IMG/VR virus record: IMGVR_UViG_3300045988_023867
Source of the DNA: a virus
DNA: 64,000 nt
Direction: 5' to 3' (one strand)
This document shows, piece by piece, positions 18,228-27,500 of this stretch (positions are counted from its first letter, which is position 1; each line of letters opens with the position of its first letter). The notes beneath the pieces were generated by a model. The model searched no databases. It saw only the letters and a program-made list of their open reading frames with translations, and was not told where the DNA came from. A program made the translations under genes and the position numbers.

Positions 18228-18765
18228 CCCAAATTATAAAGAAATTGATATTAAAGGATATGAAGGTCTCTATAAGATTTCTAATAGAGGTGATGTTATA
18301 AGTTTATCTAAAAATAGTGGTTTTCTTAAACTTAAAGAACGTATTATAAAACCTACTATTAAACCTAAAGGTTATTTAGATGTAAAACTTACTAAAGATA
18401 AAAAGTCTAAACATTTTTATATTCATAGACTTGTTGCTGAACATTTTATTCCAAATCCTAATAATTATCCTCAAATAAATCATAAAGATAAAAATCCAAG
18501 TAATAATAATGTTTCTAATTTAGAATGGTGTGATAATTCTTATAATGTAAAATATAGTAATATACCTAAAAAACTTAGAGAATTAAGAGGAGATAAATTA
18601 GAAATTACTAATATAGAAACTAATGAAACCATTATTGCTAATTCTAAAAGAGAAGCTGCTGATATTATAAATGGTACTGATACTGGAATAATTTATGCTA
18701 TTAATAATAATACTTTATATAAAAGAAAATATAAAATTAAAATAATTTCTTATGGATGTAAATAA
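18217..18765 (+). CDS. HNH homing endonuclease with AP2/NUMOD-like DNA-binding domain
   Basis: YEGLYKISNRGDVISL, HRLVAEHFIPNP and NHKDKNPSNNNVSNLEWC are the classic HNH_3 motifs. The start overlaps the thyX stop by 11 nt. Confidence 0.8.
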   Translation: MIFDPNYKEIDIKGYEGLYKISNRGDVISLSKNSGFLKLKERIIKPTIKPKGYLDVKLTKDKKSKHFYIHRLVAEHFIPNPNNYPQINHKDKNPSNNNVSNLEWCDNSYNVKYSNIPKKLRELRGDKLEITNIETNETIIANSKREAADIINGTDTGIIYAINNNTLYKRKYKIKIISYGCK

Positions 18766-18800
18766 TGCTAAAATTATTGCTGGTATGATTAAAGATAAAC

Positions 18801-19061
18801 TTGAAGAACATGGATACGATTTTGGATGAGTATAGTATAGAAGGTAGAACTCTATTAGATGTTGATATTACCGAAGGAAAAGAAGTAGGTTATCAATTTA
18901 TATTTAATACTAAAACTGATGATAATAAAAGTTCTGTTAAACTTAAATTAGAAGTTGTTAATGTTGAACATAATCGATGTGAAGATTCTATTTGCCCTCT
19001 AAAAGAATATAGATGTGACGGTATAAACTGTAATGTTAAATTAGTAGAGATATTGAAATGA
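18801..19061 (+). CDS. Hypothetical small Cys-containing protein
   Basis: 86-aa ORF. The C-terminal half contains four Cys and one His. Confidence 0.35.
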   Translation: MKNMDTILDEYSIEGRTLLDVDITEGKEVGYQFIFNTKTDDNKSSVKLKLEVVNVEHNRCEDSICPLKEYRCDGINCNVKLVEILK

Positions 19062-19234
19062 AAGTAAGTCAGAATACTCGTTGTGCTTTTGGACTTCATA
19101 AATGTGAAGTTCTTAAACAAGAAGATATTAAAGATGTCTACGGTCATGTTATTGGAATAGCGATTATAAGTCGCTGTTCCAATTGTGGTAAGATTAAAAC
19201 GTCTTATGTATATACAGTTAATGGTAGACCTTAA
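19058..19234 (+). CDS. Hypothetical small zinc-ribbon protein
   Basis: 58-aa ORF below the track cutoff, found by eye. Contains CxxxxxC...CxxC. Its start overlaps the previous stop (TGAAATGA). Confidence 0.3.
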   Translation: MKVSQNTRCAFGLHKCEVLKQEDIKDVYGHVIGIAIISRCSNCGKIKTSYVYTVNGRP

Positions 19235-19246
19235 TAAATAAAATAT

Positions 19247-20053
19247 ATGGAAGATAATAAAAGACAAAGTTTATTTGCTATTAGTGCTGAACTTGAAAAT
19301 ATTTTCTTTGAGATTGAAGAAGCTGGTGGTGAAGTTACAGAAGAGATTCTTGCTAAACTTGCTATTACAGAAGAAAATTTAAAACAAAAGCTTGATGGTT
19401 ATCGTAAAGCTTATACAGCTATTAGTTTAGAAGCTGATGCTTGTAAGAAAGAAGAAGCTCGTATTGCTGCTATTCGTAAAACTAAAGAAAATAATGCTAA
19501 ACGTCTTAAGAATAGTATGTATGAAGCGGTTGTTGCTTATGGCGAAACAGGTAAATCCGGTAATAAAGTTATTAATCTTGTAGATAGTAAACTTTATACT
19601 AAGAAAACAGAAGTTGTTGTTATTAATGAAGATATTCTTCTTACGTTTAAAGATTTGGTATTTGACCAATTTAGAGAACTGTATAATAATGATATGCTTG
19701 ATATTAGCGATACTAATGTTGATTCTCTTGACCCACAAGGATTTATTGATGTTATTAATGCTAAGTTTAAAGCGGAATATTCTGAACGTGCTGAACGTAT
19801 GATAGAAGAATATGGCAGACTATTTGTTGTTGAAGACCTTATGCTTATTAATGTTAAGTTTGAGACTTCAATAGGTATTTATAGTTTACTTAGTAAATCT
19901 CATTTTTCTCTTATTAATGCGTTTTTTGATGAAGAACATATTTCTAATGTTGTTCCTGATGTTAATAAAACTGTAATTAAGAATATGCTTAAAGATGGTA
20001 TTCAAAGTTCTTTTGCTAATCTTGATTACAATGAAAGCTTAATTATTAAATAA
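19247..20053 (+). CDS. Hypothetical protein with N-terminal coiled coil
   Basis: 268-aa ORF. Confidence 0.5.
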   Translation: MEDNKRQSLFAISAELENIFFEIEEAGGEVTEEILAKLAITEENLKQKLDGYRKAYTAISLEADACKKEEARIAAIRKTKENNAKRLKNSMYEAVVAYGETGKSGNKVINLVDSKLYTKKTEVVVINEDILLTFKDLVFDQFRELYNNDMLDISDTNVDSLDPQGFIDVINAKFKAEYSERAERMIEEYGRLFVVEDLMLINVKFETSIGIYSLLSKSHFSLINAFFDEEHISNVVPDVNKTVIKNMLKDGIQSSFANLDYNESLIIK

Positions 20054-20181
20054 GATATTATTATGTTTGATGTTGAAGATAAGCTAGAAGCTATTATTAA
20101 ATATATAAGAGAAACTAGAGGAATTAACGATAGAGATAGAATTATTGATATTATTAAGGACTTATTAAATACGATGTAATT

Positions 20182-21252
20182 ATGAGTTATTATGTAGCTA
20201 AAGGAGTCCCCTGGCGATATAAAGGAGTAACGGATGTTACTGACTGTAAAACTTCAGAAGATGTTATAGCTAAAGCACATCTTGATTGGGAAGTTGATAA
20301 ATGCGAACTTTATGGTAAAATGTCTGTTAATATAAATAGTGATGAAGACTTGGATAAAGTTATCGAAGAGACAAAAGATTCTGATGCCCATCTACATGGA
20401 AAAGATATTTTCCGGATTTGTCCTAATGCTTATTCTACCTATCGTACTGATTATAATATTCCTCTTGGAGTTGTTAAGGGAAAATATACACCGGTTCAAA
20501 ATAAAGAAGCATTTAAGTTTTTTGATGATGCTATAGGTAGCGGACAAGCTTTATGGCAAACTGCTGGTAGTTTTGGAAATGGTGAACGTATTTTTGTTAG
20601 TGCTAAACTTCCTTCTAATATAATGGTTAAAGGAGACCCTGTTGAAAACTATTTAGTATTTACTAATAGTCATGATGGAACAGGAGGAGTTAAGATATTA
20701 TTTACACCTATTAGAGTTATATGTAGAAATACTCTAAATGCTGCTATTCGTACTGCTACTAATTATGTAAGTTTTAGACATACTGCTAGTGTACATTCTA
20801 ATATACAAATTGCTCATGAAATACTTGGTATTTGTAATACTAAACGTAAAGATTTAGAAGAAGCATATACTATACTTGCTAATATTAAAGTTACTGATGA
20901 AGACGTTATGAAGTATATTTGTGAGAATGTTCTAAATGAAACGGAAGAAGAAAATCTACTAAATACTGGACATTCTTACAAAGAACTTTGTTATCGTAGT
21001 AATGCGGCTTATGAAGATTCTCAAATATCTATGCGAAAACTTAATGTTATTAGTTCTACTTGGAACTATTATAATGAAGGAATTGGACAAAAAGATATTA
21101 TAGGAACTGCATGGGGAGCTGCTAATGCTATATCTGGATATTATTCCAATATTGATAATGCTGTTGGTGAAAAGAGATTTGATAGTCTCATATTTGGAGA
21201 TAAATCACGTAAAATTCAAACCGCTTTCGCCTTAGCAGATACATTTAGTTAA
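20182..21252 (+). CDS. Hypothetical protein, possibly a DUF932-like phage/plasmid protein
   Basis: 356-aa ORF. Family assignment is from memory only. Confidence 0.5.
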   Translation: MSYYVAKGVPWRYKGVTDVTDCKTSEDVIAKAHLDWEVDKCELYGKMSVNINSDEDLDKVIEETKDSDAHLHGKDIFRICPNAYSTYRTDYNIPLGVVKGKYTPVQNKEAFKFFDDAIGSGQALWQTAGSFGNGERIFVSAKLPSNIMVKGDPVENYLVFTNSHDGTGGVKILFTPIRVICRNTLNAAIRTATNYVSFRHTASVHSNIQIAHEILGICNTKRKDLEEAYTILANIKVTDEDVMKYICENVLNETEEENLLNTGHSYKELCYRSNAAYEDSQISMRKLNVISSTWNYYNEGIGQKDIIGTAWGAANAISGYYSNIDNAVGEKRFDSLIFGDKSRKIQTAFALADTFS

Positions 21253-21253
21253 T

Positions 21254-21592
21254 ATGAAGATAATATATAATAATCTTATACCATTTAAAGGTTATAAATG
21301 TATTAACCTATTTGGAATACTTTTTGCTAGAAAAGGAACTAGAATAGATGATATAACTATTAATCATGAATCTATTCATACTGCTCAACAGAGAGAATTA
21401 TTGTATATTATATTTTATATATTATATCTTGTTGAATATGTAATCAAATCTATTATTCTATTCCGTCATGCTTATAGAGATATTAGCTTTGAACAAGAAG
21501 CTTATTATCATGAAGAAGATATGGAGTATTTAAAGAATAGAAAACATTATGCTTGGATTAAATATTTATTCAAAACTTATAAACGAAAATAA
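21254..21592 (+). CDS. Hypothetical small membrane protein with HExxH motif
   Basis: The motif is NHESIHTAQ. Downstream lie a hydrophobic helix and a conserved Glu (EQEAYYHEED). Possibly a minimal metallopeptidase. Confidence 0.4.
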   Translation: MKIIYNNLIPFKGYKCINLFGILFARKGTRIDDITINHESIHTAQQRELLYIIFYILYLVEYVIKSIILFRHAYRDISFEQEAYYHEEDMEYLKNRKHYAWIKYLFKTYKRK

Positions 21593-21594
21593 CA

Positions 21595-22368
21595 ATGGGA
21601 AATTTAGCTAGAGCTATTGCAAATGCTATTGTGGCATATAAAGGAGGAAGCTATACTGTTGATACGTTAGCTGAACTTATAGACAAAGATATTAATAATG
21701 TTTCTGTTAAAGTATGGCGTGAAGATAAACGTATTCCGTTACCTAAATATGGTAAAGAAGGAGATGCTTGTTGTGACATTTATTGTAAATCTGTTGAATA
21801 CGATTCTGATAAAGACCGTTATATAGTTCATACAGGATTACATTTTGCTCTTCCTGATGAATATGAAATGGAACTTCGTCCTCGTAGTAGTAATACCAAA
21901 ACTGAATTTTATGTTCCTAATGCACCTGGAACTCTTGATTGGGGTTATCGTGGAGAACTTCTTATCATTTTCAAAGGACGTACTAATAAATATCTTGTAT
22001 CAGCATTTAAAGAACTTAAAGATACAGTTCGTTTTATGGTTGGTATTAAGAACCATTCATTAGATAAATGTTCACAAGATTTTGATAGAGTTTCTTGTGA
22101 ATTTCCTTACCGTCCTATGACTGATGATTTTGAAGGAGACCGTATTTGTCAATTACTTGTTCGTCGTAGAGAACAAATTACTTGGGAAGAAGTTGAAACT
22201 CTGGAAGAACTTGGAACTACTGAACGTGGAGAAGGAGGGTTTGGTTCTACTGGTGGTACTGGCGAAGCTAAAGTTGAAGAAACTACTACTACCGAAAATA
22301 CAGAATCTCAGGCTAATGAAGAACCTGCTAAAGTATCTGGAACTACACAAAATCGCTTTGCAAAATAA
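21595..22368 (+). CDS. dut: dUTP diphosphatase (trimeric dUTPase) with internal insertion and low-complexity C-terminal tail
   Basis: Motif I is GDACCDIY, motif II is RPRSSNT, motif III is GTLDWGYRGEL, motif IV is RICQLLV, and motif V is GGFGSTGG. About 60 aa lie between motifs III and IV where about 20 is typical. The C-terminus is T/E-rich. Confidence 0.8.
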   Translation: MGNLARAIANAIVAYKGGSYTVDTLAELIDKDINNVSVKVWREDKRIPLPKYGKEGDACCDIYCKSVEYDSDKDRYIVHTGLHFALPDEYEMELRPRSSNTKTEFYVPNAPGTLDWGYRGELLIIFKGRTNKYLVSAFKELKDTVRFMVGIKNHSLDKCSQDFDRVSCEFPYRPMTDDFEGDRICQLLVRRREQITWEEVETLEELGTTERGEGGFGSTGGTGEAKVEETTTTENTESQANEEPAKVSGTTQNRFAK

Positions 22369-22589
22369 TGCTTGGAGATAAACCTCTTATTGACCATACT
22401 TATATTCATACTCAAACTAAGAATGAATATAAAGTAGTTGAAATTGGTAAAATTAAATGTCCCGAAAGTGGTTATTGGTACGATGCAGTATTTTATGTTC
22501 GTGCCGATAATACTCCGGGATTTTATGGAAGAACTGTTCAAAGTTTTATGTCTAATTTTGAAGATACTGAAAATATAGTCGAAATATGA
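22368..22589 (+). CDS. Hypothetical protein
   Basis: 73-aa ORF. Confidence 0.4.
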   Translation: MLGDKPLIDHTYIHTQTKNEYKVVEIGKIKCPESGYWYDAVFYVRADNTPGFYGRTVQSFMSNFEDTENIVEI

Positions 22590-22858
22590 TAAGAATCACT
22601 TGCTATACCAAAAAGAATTGTGAAGCCTGTCATACGATGATTAGTATTATAGGTAATGCTGTTGCAGAAGTTAATGATGATTGTAATATTAATATTGTAA
22701 ATGTTGCTAATCTTCCACCAAATAAACTTGTGGAACTTAATGTTGAAGTATTTCCTACTACTATTATCGAAAAAGATAATAAGGAAATTACTAGATTAAA
22801 AGGAACTTTTCCTGAGAATTATATTATAGATATTATTTATAAACTTGAAAAAGAATAA
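22586..22858 (+). CDS. Glutaredoxin/thioredoxin-like protein, NrdH-like
   Basis: N-terminal CEAC (CxxC) motif after a beta-strand (ITCYTKKNCEACH). About 90 aa. Confidence 0.5.
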   Translation: MIRITCYTKKNCEACHTMISIIGNAVAEVNDDCNINIVNVANLPPNKLVELNVEVFPTTIIEKDNKEITRLKGTFPENYIIDIIYKLEKE

Positions 22859-22953
22859 GTAAGATAGTTATATAGTGAGAACGTGCTAATGTTCATAGTT
22901 AAAGTTATACAGAATGAGCCTATCGTTGTTATCAATGGTAGGCTTAATTATTT

Positions 22954-23110
22954 CATCTCATCATTCCCTTACGGGGCGCGGAGGCAACGCAGTTGCCGAC
23001 CTTAAAGTCAGAAGAATCTACAGATATTGTAGATATTGACGATTAAGATATTATTTAAGAATCGGTTGCTTCGCAACCTCAGCCCCCCGTAGAGGATATG
23101 AATGAGATAT
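22954..23110 (+). mobile_element. MITE-like composite: two GC-rich element ends in inverted orientation (imperfect TIRs of about 25 bp) flanking about 105 bp with two GC hairpins
   Basis: Left end is ATCTCATCATTCCCTTACGGGGCGCGGAGG followed by hairpin GGCAAC-GCA-GTTGCC. Right end is hairpin GGTTGC-TTC-GCAACC followed by CAGCCCCCCGTAGAGGATATGAATGAGATAT. Intergenic. Confidence 0.6.
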
Positions 23111-23138
23111 ATCACTAACCATTAATATAGATAAAAAT

Positions 23139-23384
23139 ATGAAAGATAAATATTATGATGATTATAAAGATATGCATGATGATTATGACGAATATAATCC
23201 ACAAGAATATATAGGTCGTCAACCTAATCGTGAAGTACCTAATGAGCCTGAAGGTATTGGTTGTTTGCCAGGTTTTATTATAGGAATTGTTATATTCGTT
23301 CTATGTTGTGCTGCTTTTAGAGCTTGTGAACGAAGTATTAAAGACCCTAATTCTAGTCAATACGAATACTCATTTTTAGATTAA
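23139..23384 (+). CDS. Hypothetical membrane protein, acidic N-terminus plus one TM helix
   Basis: D/E/Y-rich N-terminus. The TM helix is LPGFIIGIVIFVLCCAAF. Confidence 0.4.
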   Translation: MKDKYYDDYKDMHDDYDEYNPQEYIGRQPNREVPNEPEGIGCLPGFIIGIVIFVLCCAAFRACERSIKDPNSSQYEYSFLD

Positions 23385-23386
23385 CT

Positions 23387-23623
23387 ATGAAAAAGAAATT
23401 ATTGTGGCTAGAAAGACTAATATGTGAATACTTAGGTCATAATAGAGTTTATATAGTTGAACCAAGAACTAGAGTTAAAGGTAAGTCTAAAGGACGTGTA
23501 GGAAATGCTGTTATTAGTTTTAAAAGAAAAGGCGGTAAAGGAGGAAGTGTAAGAGTTGTTGATGGTGGTTATTATGTTTGTGCTCGTTGTGGAAAGAAAT
23601 TGACAAATTGGGAACGATTATAA
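23387..23623 (+). CDS. Hypothetical basic protein with CxxC
   Basis: K/R/G-rich, with CARCGKK near the C-terminus. Last + strand gene before the convergent terminator. Confidence 0.4.
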   Translation: MKKKLLWLERLICEYLGHNRVYIVEPRTRVKGKSKGRVGNAVISFKRKGGKGGSVRVVDGGYYVCARCGKKLTNWERL

Positions 23624-23633
23624 GGCTCTCTGT
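23618..23633 (-). promoter_or_regulatory. Orphan copy of the motif, rc = CAGAGAGCCTTATAAT, at the convergent module boundary
   Basis: Shares the extended GAACGATT(A/T)TAAGGCTCTCTG with the 37998 site. No - strand ORF lies downstream. Confidence 0.3.
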
Positions 23634-23728
23634 TGGATTTTCTAGTCTGATTAATATAGTTGTTCAGTTCAATAAAGAAAACGGCAAGGCGAGCCGGAAA
23701 ACCGCCAAAAAGCAATAGTTTAGTAATA

Positions 23729-23790
23729 GAAAAGCCCGTAGGCTAGAAGGATGACTGATTCCTTACTAGTTCTACGGGCTTCTTTTTTAT
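23729..23790. terminator. Bidirectional terminator between the convergent modules (stem AAGCCCGTAG/CTACGGGCTT with T-runs on both sides)
   Basis: 10-bp stem with a 30-nt loop. CTTTTTTATT follows on +, and TTTTCTATT follows on -. Confidence 0.7.
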
Positions 23791-23807
23791 TCGCAGTTAG
23801 ACCTGCT

Positions 23808-24386
23808 TTAATTATTGAACTTGCCAATAATATATTTTCTTAATTTAATTTCTCCTTTTTCATTCCTTTCAACTTTGACATTTCTATATTGTTTATTATA
23901 CATAGCAACAAATTTAATCATATTTCCTTTAAATAATCTATTATGATTTATAATATAAGTTGATTGAACATCTGTTATATCTAATAATGGTTCGTTACCA
24001 TTTTCTTTATAAGTAAGTTGCTTTAAAGCTTCTACTATTGTATCTTTGTTACAACATAAATCTCTAGCAGCATCTCCAATAGTGAATTTAACTATATTAC
24101 TATCGAACTCAATATGTTCCATTATATAATCAATTAAACAATGAGTATATTTTGTATAATAAACCCCTTTAACTTTAAAATAATTAAAATCTCTACAATA
24201 AAATCGTCTATCGCTAATGTTAGTATGAACATCTACTGTGTGATTAAGTACATCAATATCTACTACATTAGCATTAATTGTAGGTACAGGAAAACTACTA
24301 ATAGTAACTTTACTTCGTTCTTTTTCTTCTCGCTTAGTATCTTTCTTTGCAGATTCTTTAGCTGGTTTTAATATAAACTCTGGCAT
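23808..24386 (-). CDS. Hypothetical protein (last gene of the - strand module)
   Basis: 192-aa ORF. Confidence 0.5.
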   Translation of the reverse strand: MPEFILKPAKESAKKDTKREEKERSKVTISSFPVPTINANVVDIDVLNHTVDVHTNISDRRFYCRDFNYFKVKGVYYTKYTHCLIDYIMEHIEFDSNIVKFTIGDAARDLCCNKDTIVEALKQLTYKENGNEPLLDITDVQSTYIINHNRLFKGNMIKFVAMYNKQYRNVKVERNEKGEIKLRKYIIGKFNN

Positions 24387-24596
24387 ATCTTTATATGGTT
24401 ATTAGTTATTAGTTGAACAAATATACGAATAAGTCCGAACATATCGACTAATTTTAGTCTAAAGTATACGGAAATTTCCAAAAATTATACTTTTGTAATT
24501 ATCTGATTATCAATAAGTTAGAGTATAGCAGCAATTATCTTATATATACTATAAAAGTCTACGACCAGACTTATCATCCAATCATAGACCTTATAA

Positions 24597-27500
24597 TTAC
24601 TTCCCATTAACAATCCATTCAGCAATAGATTGAGTAGGAATAATACCAAGCATATTTTCAGTCAGTTTATAATACTTATTATTTTGGTCTAATTGCATTA
24701 TACGATTAATTCCACGATAAATAGGAATTTGTCTTTTAACATAAACGGCAAGTTTATTCTCACCTTTATACAGACCTGTGGTATAATTAGGATTAAATTC
24801 ATCTCCTTCAATTAGATACTTAGCAATAAATCCAAATGCAGACTGTACATCTTTGAATGATTGACCTAAAGCAACAGGACTTGACCAAAGTTTATCAAAT
24901 TCTGATACAGCACCAATATTATACATAATAGTTTCAGAAGATAAACGGTCTGCTTGATAAAGAGCAAGATTAGCTATAATCTTAGCTGTTTCATCGTCAT
25001 CGTCAGCGGCAAGTAATGCACAACTGGCAGCAATTCCGCCGAGTAGACCATAAGCAATACCTGTAAGTTCTCCTAAAGCTCTACGAATATTAGCTCGTTC
25101 AGCGTTTGACATTGTAGCATAATTAAATTTATAGTTTAAGAAAGTATCAATAAACGCTCTACAAACTTGTTGTACACCAGCAATAAATAGATTAGTGCCG
25201 TCTTCGTTAGCTTTAGCTTTAGCTCTATCAGTAAGTCCTCTAAATTCTGTTGTTGCAAAATCCCAAAGACTTACATAGAATCCACGTTCAATACTTTCTC
25301 TACTTTCATTATAATAACCATTTACACGGAAATGTTTAAGAGCTCCTGTATAAATATGTTTATGATATTGCATAAGTAGACTACCAAATACCCAAGTAGA
25401 TTCTATACGAGCACCACCTAATCTATCATACACACCATGAATCTTTTTATTAACTGATACAACTTTACCTTTAAATTTAGCAAGTTTACCTAAATCTACT
25501 AAACTATCATCTTTAAGTTTAGCATAACCATCTTGTAGTTCAAATTGGTCTATTAATCTAGGTTCAGATTCAAACTGTTTTTTAGCTTCTTTAGTAAGTT
25601 CATTTCTTACTTCTGCATATCTTAATCCATAAGACTTATCACTAAGACTACGTAAGAACTCTGTATTAACATCTTTCTTAAACCAAAGATAATCTTTAAG
25701 TCTATTCTTATCTTCTTTTATTCTATTGATAAACTTAGCATATAGTTCTTCAAGTTCAGCATTACCTTCGATAACTTTACGAAGTGCAACTTCTTCAAGC
25801 ATACGATTATAATTATGGAAATCTCCTATAACAACTTCTCCTTTTTGATTCTTATAAACTCTATTACTAAGCATCATAGAAAGCATAGCAGTATTCTGCA
25901 TAAAATGTTCACCAGCACTTTGTGGACTATAAGCAAAATCTCTCATCTTATTAATTATCTCAATACTATCAATAGATTTAGATGTTTCACGAATACCATT
26001 ATAGTCCACAACTCCCATGAGTTTAATTATCGCATCAGTAAGATTATCACTAGTATCTTTATTCATATTAGCAAGGAAATATGGAACTGCTTTAATATAA
26101 TATCCAAATTTAGCATTTTCCCAATCTTTATGATTGAAGTATTCTCCAGCATAACGTTCCATGAATATATTAGTAGAACCAGTTAATATATTACCAATAC
26201 CTCCTGTAATATTAAACATCATATATTTAGCACTAGCAATATTTTGTCCAACAGCAGCAAATTTATCCCATGTATTCTTACCTTTATATTCATCAAATAA
26301 GAAACGTTTAGACCAAGTTTCAATTAAATCAATAACTCTTTTAGGAGCTTGAGTTTTATAAACTTTTCTATCTTCTGTAGAATTTCTTCTATCAACTGCT
26401 AGATTATTAAATCCTGTAAGACGATAAGATTGAGCTTGTGTTCTCATGTATTCAAGAAGATAATAAAGGTCAAGCTTAGTTTGCGTTTTAGCATTAGCTT
26501 GAATAGCTCCTTTAATAAACTCTTCAAATACTGATTCATAATCTTTATCCATCAGTTTAACATCAAGCTGTCTATTATACTCAGCAGATTCTTCATTATG
26601 TTTCTTAATATCATCAACTCTAGCTTTATAATCTTCATCAGATTCAGTAAGACCTTGTTCCGGTATAGGTTCTATCTTTCTATAAGTCTTGTCCTTCAAC
26701 GAAGCTAATAACGGTATATTAGTTTCTCGGTCATATTCATAACCAATATTATCGCTAATATGTCTATCTGGGTCTAAACTTTGTCCAAATCCAATAGCAT
26801 TAAATGCGGCTTTAACAGTATTAGGGAACGATGATTCTGTCCTTCTCCTACGGGGGAACAGCCCTTTAGCAACGAATGACATAGCAGTATTATTCTCTTT
26901 AGTTAAATCATAAAGAGTATCTTGCATTAGCTTTCTTATTCGTCTTTCATATTCATTAGAATTATCAGTTCTATAATACTTAGCACTACCATTATAATTA
27001 TCAGTATATCTATTATAATTAGCATTAACTGTTTCAGAAAGTGGTTTACTTCTTGTATTATTATATGAAGCTACATAGTTTCTAGTATTACTAGTTTCGT
27101 CTTTAACTCTTATTGTAGTCCAAATACGAATTGGTTCCATCTTACCACTTAAAGGATTAAAGATATGATTTTTATCTTCAAATTCTTTAAGTTTGCCGTC
27201 TCTAATAGCTTGTTCACGTTCTTGCCAATAGTAACTTGTAGGAACAAATTCTATATTCTTATTTAAAAATTTAAGAGCTTTAGAACGTTTTTCATCAACA
27301 TAATCTTTATTAATAACATTACCATTATCGTCAAGTTTAGGAGTAACGTAACCGAATATATCGCTATTAGGTTCATTAGTATATCCTATAAAGATTCCAT
27401 TCTCATCATAATTCTTAGCATTAGCTACTGTTCTCCATGCAGTAAAGAACTCTTTACCTTTTTGTTTAGCAGCGTCTTCATCTAAATCATAAGTAATTTT

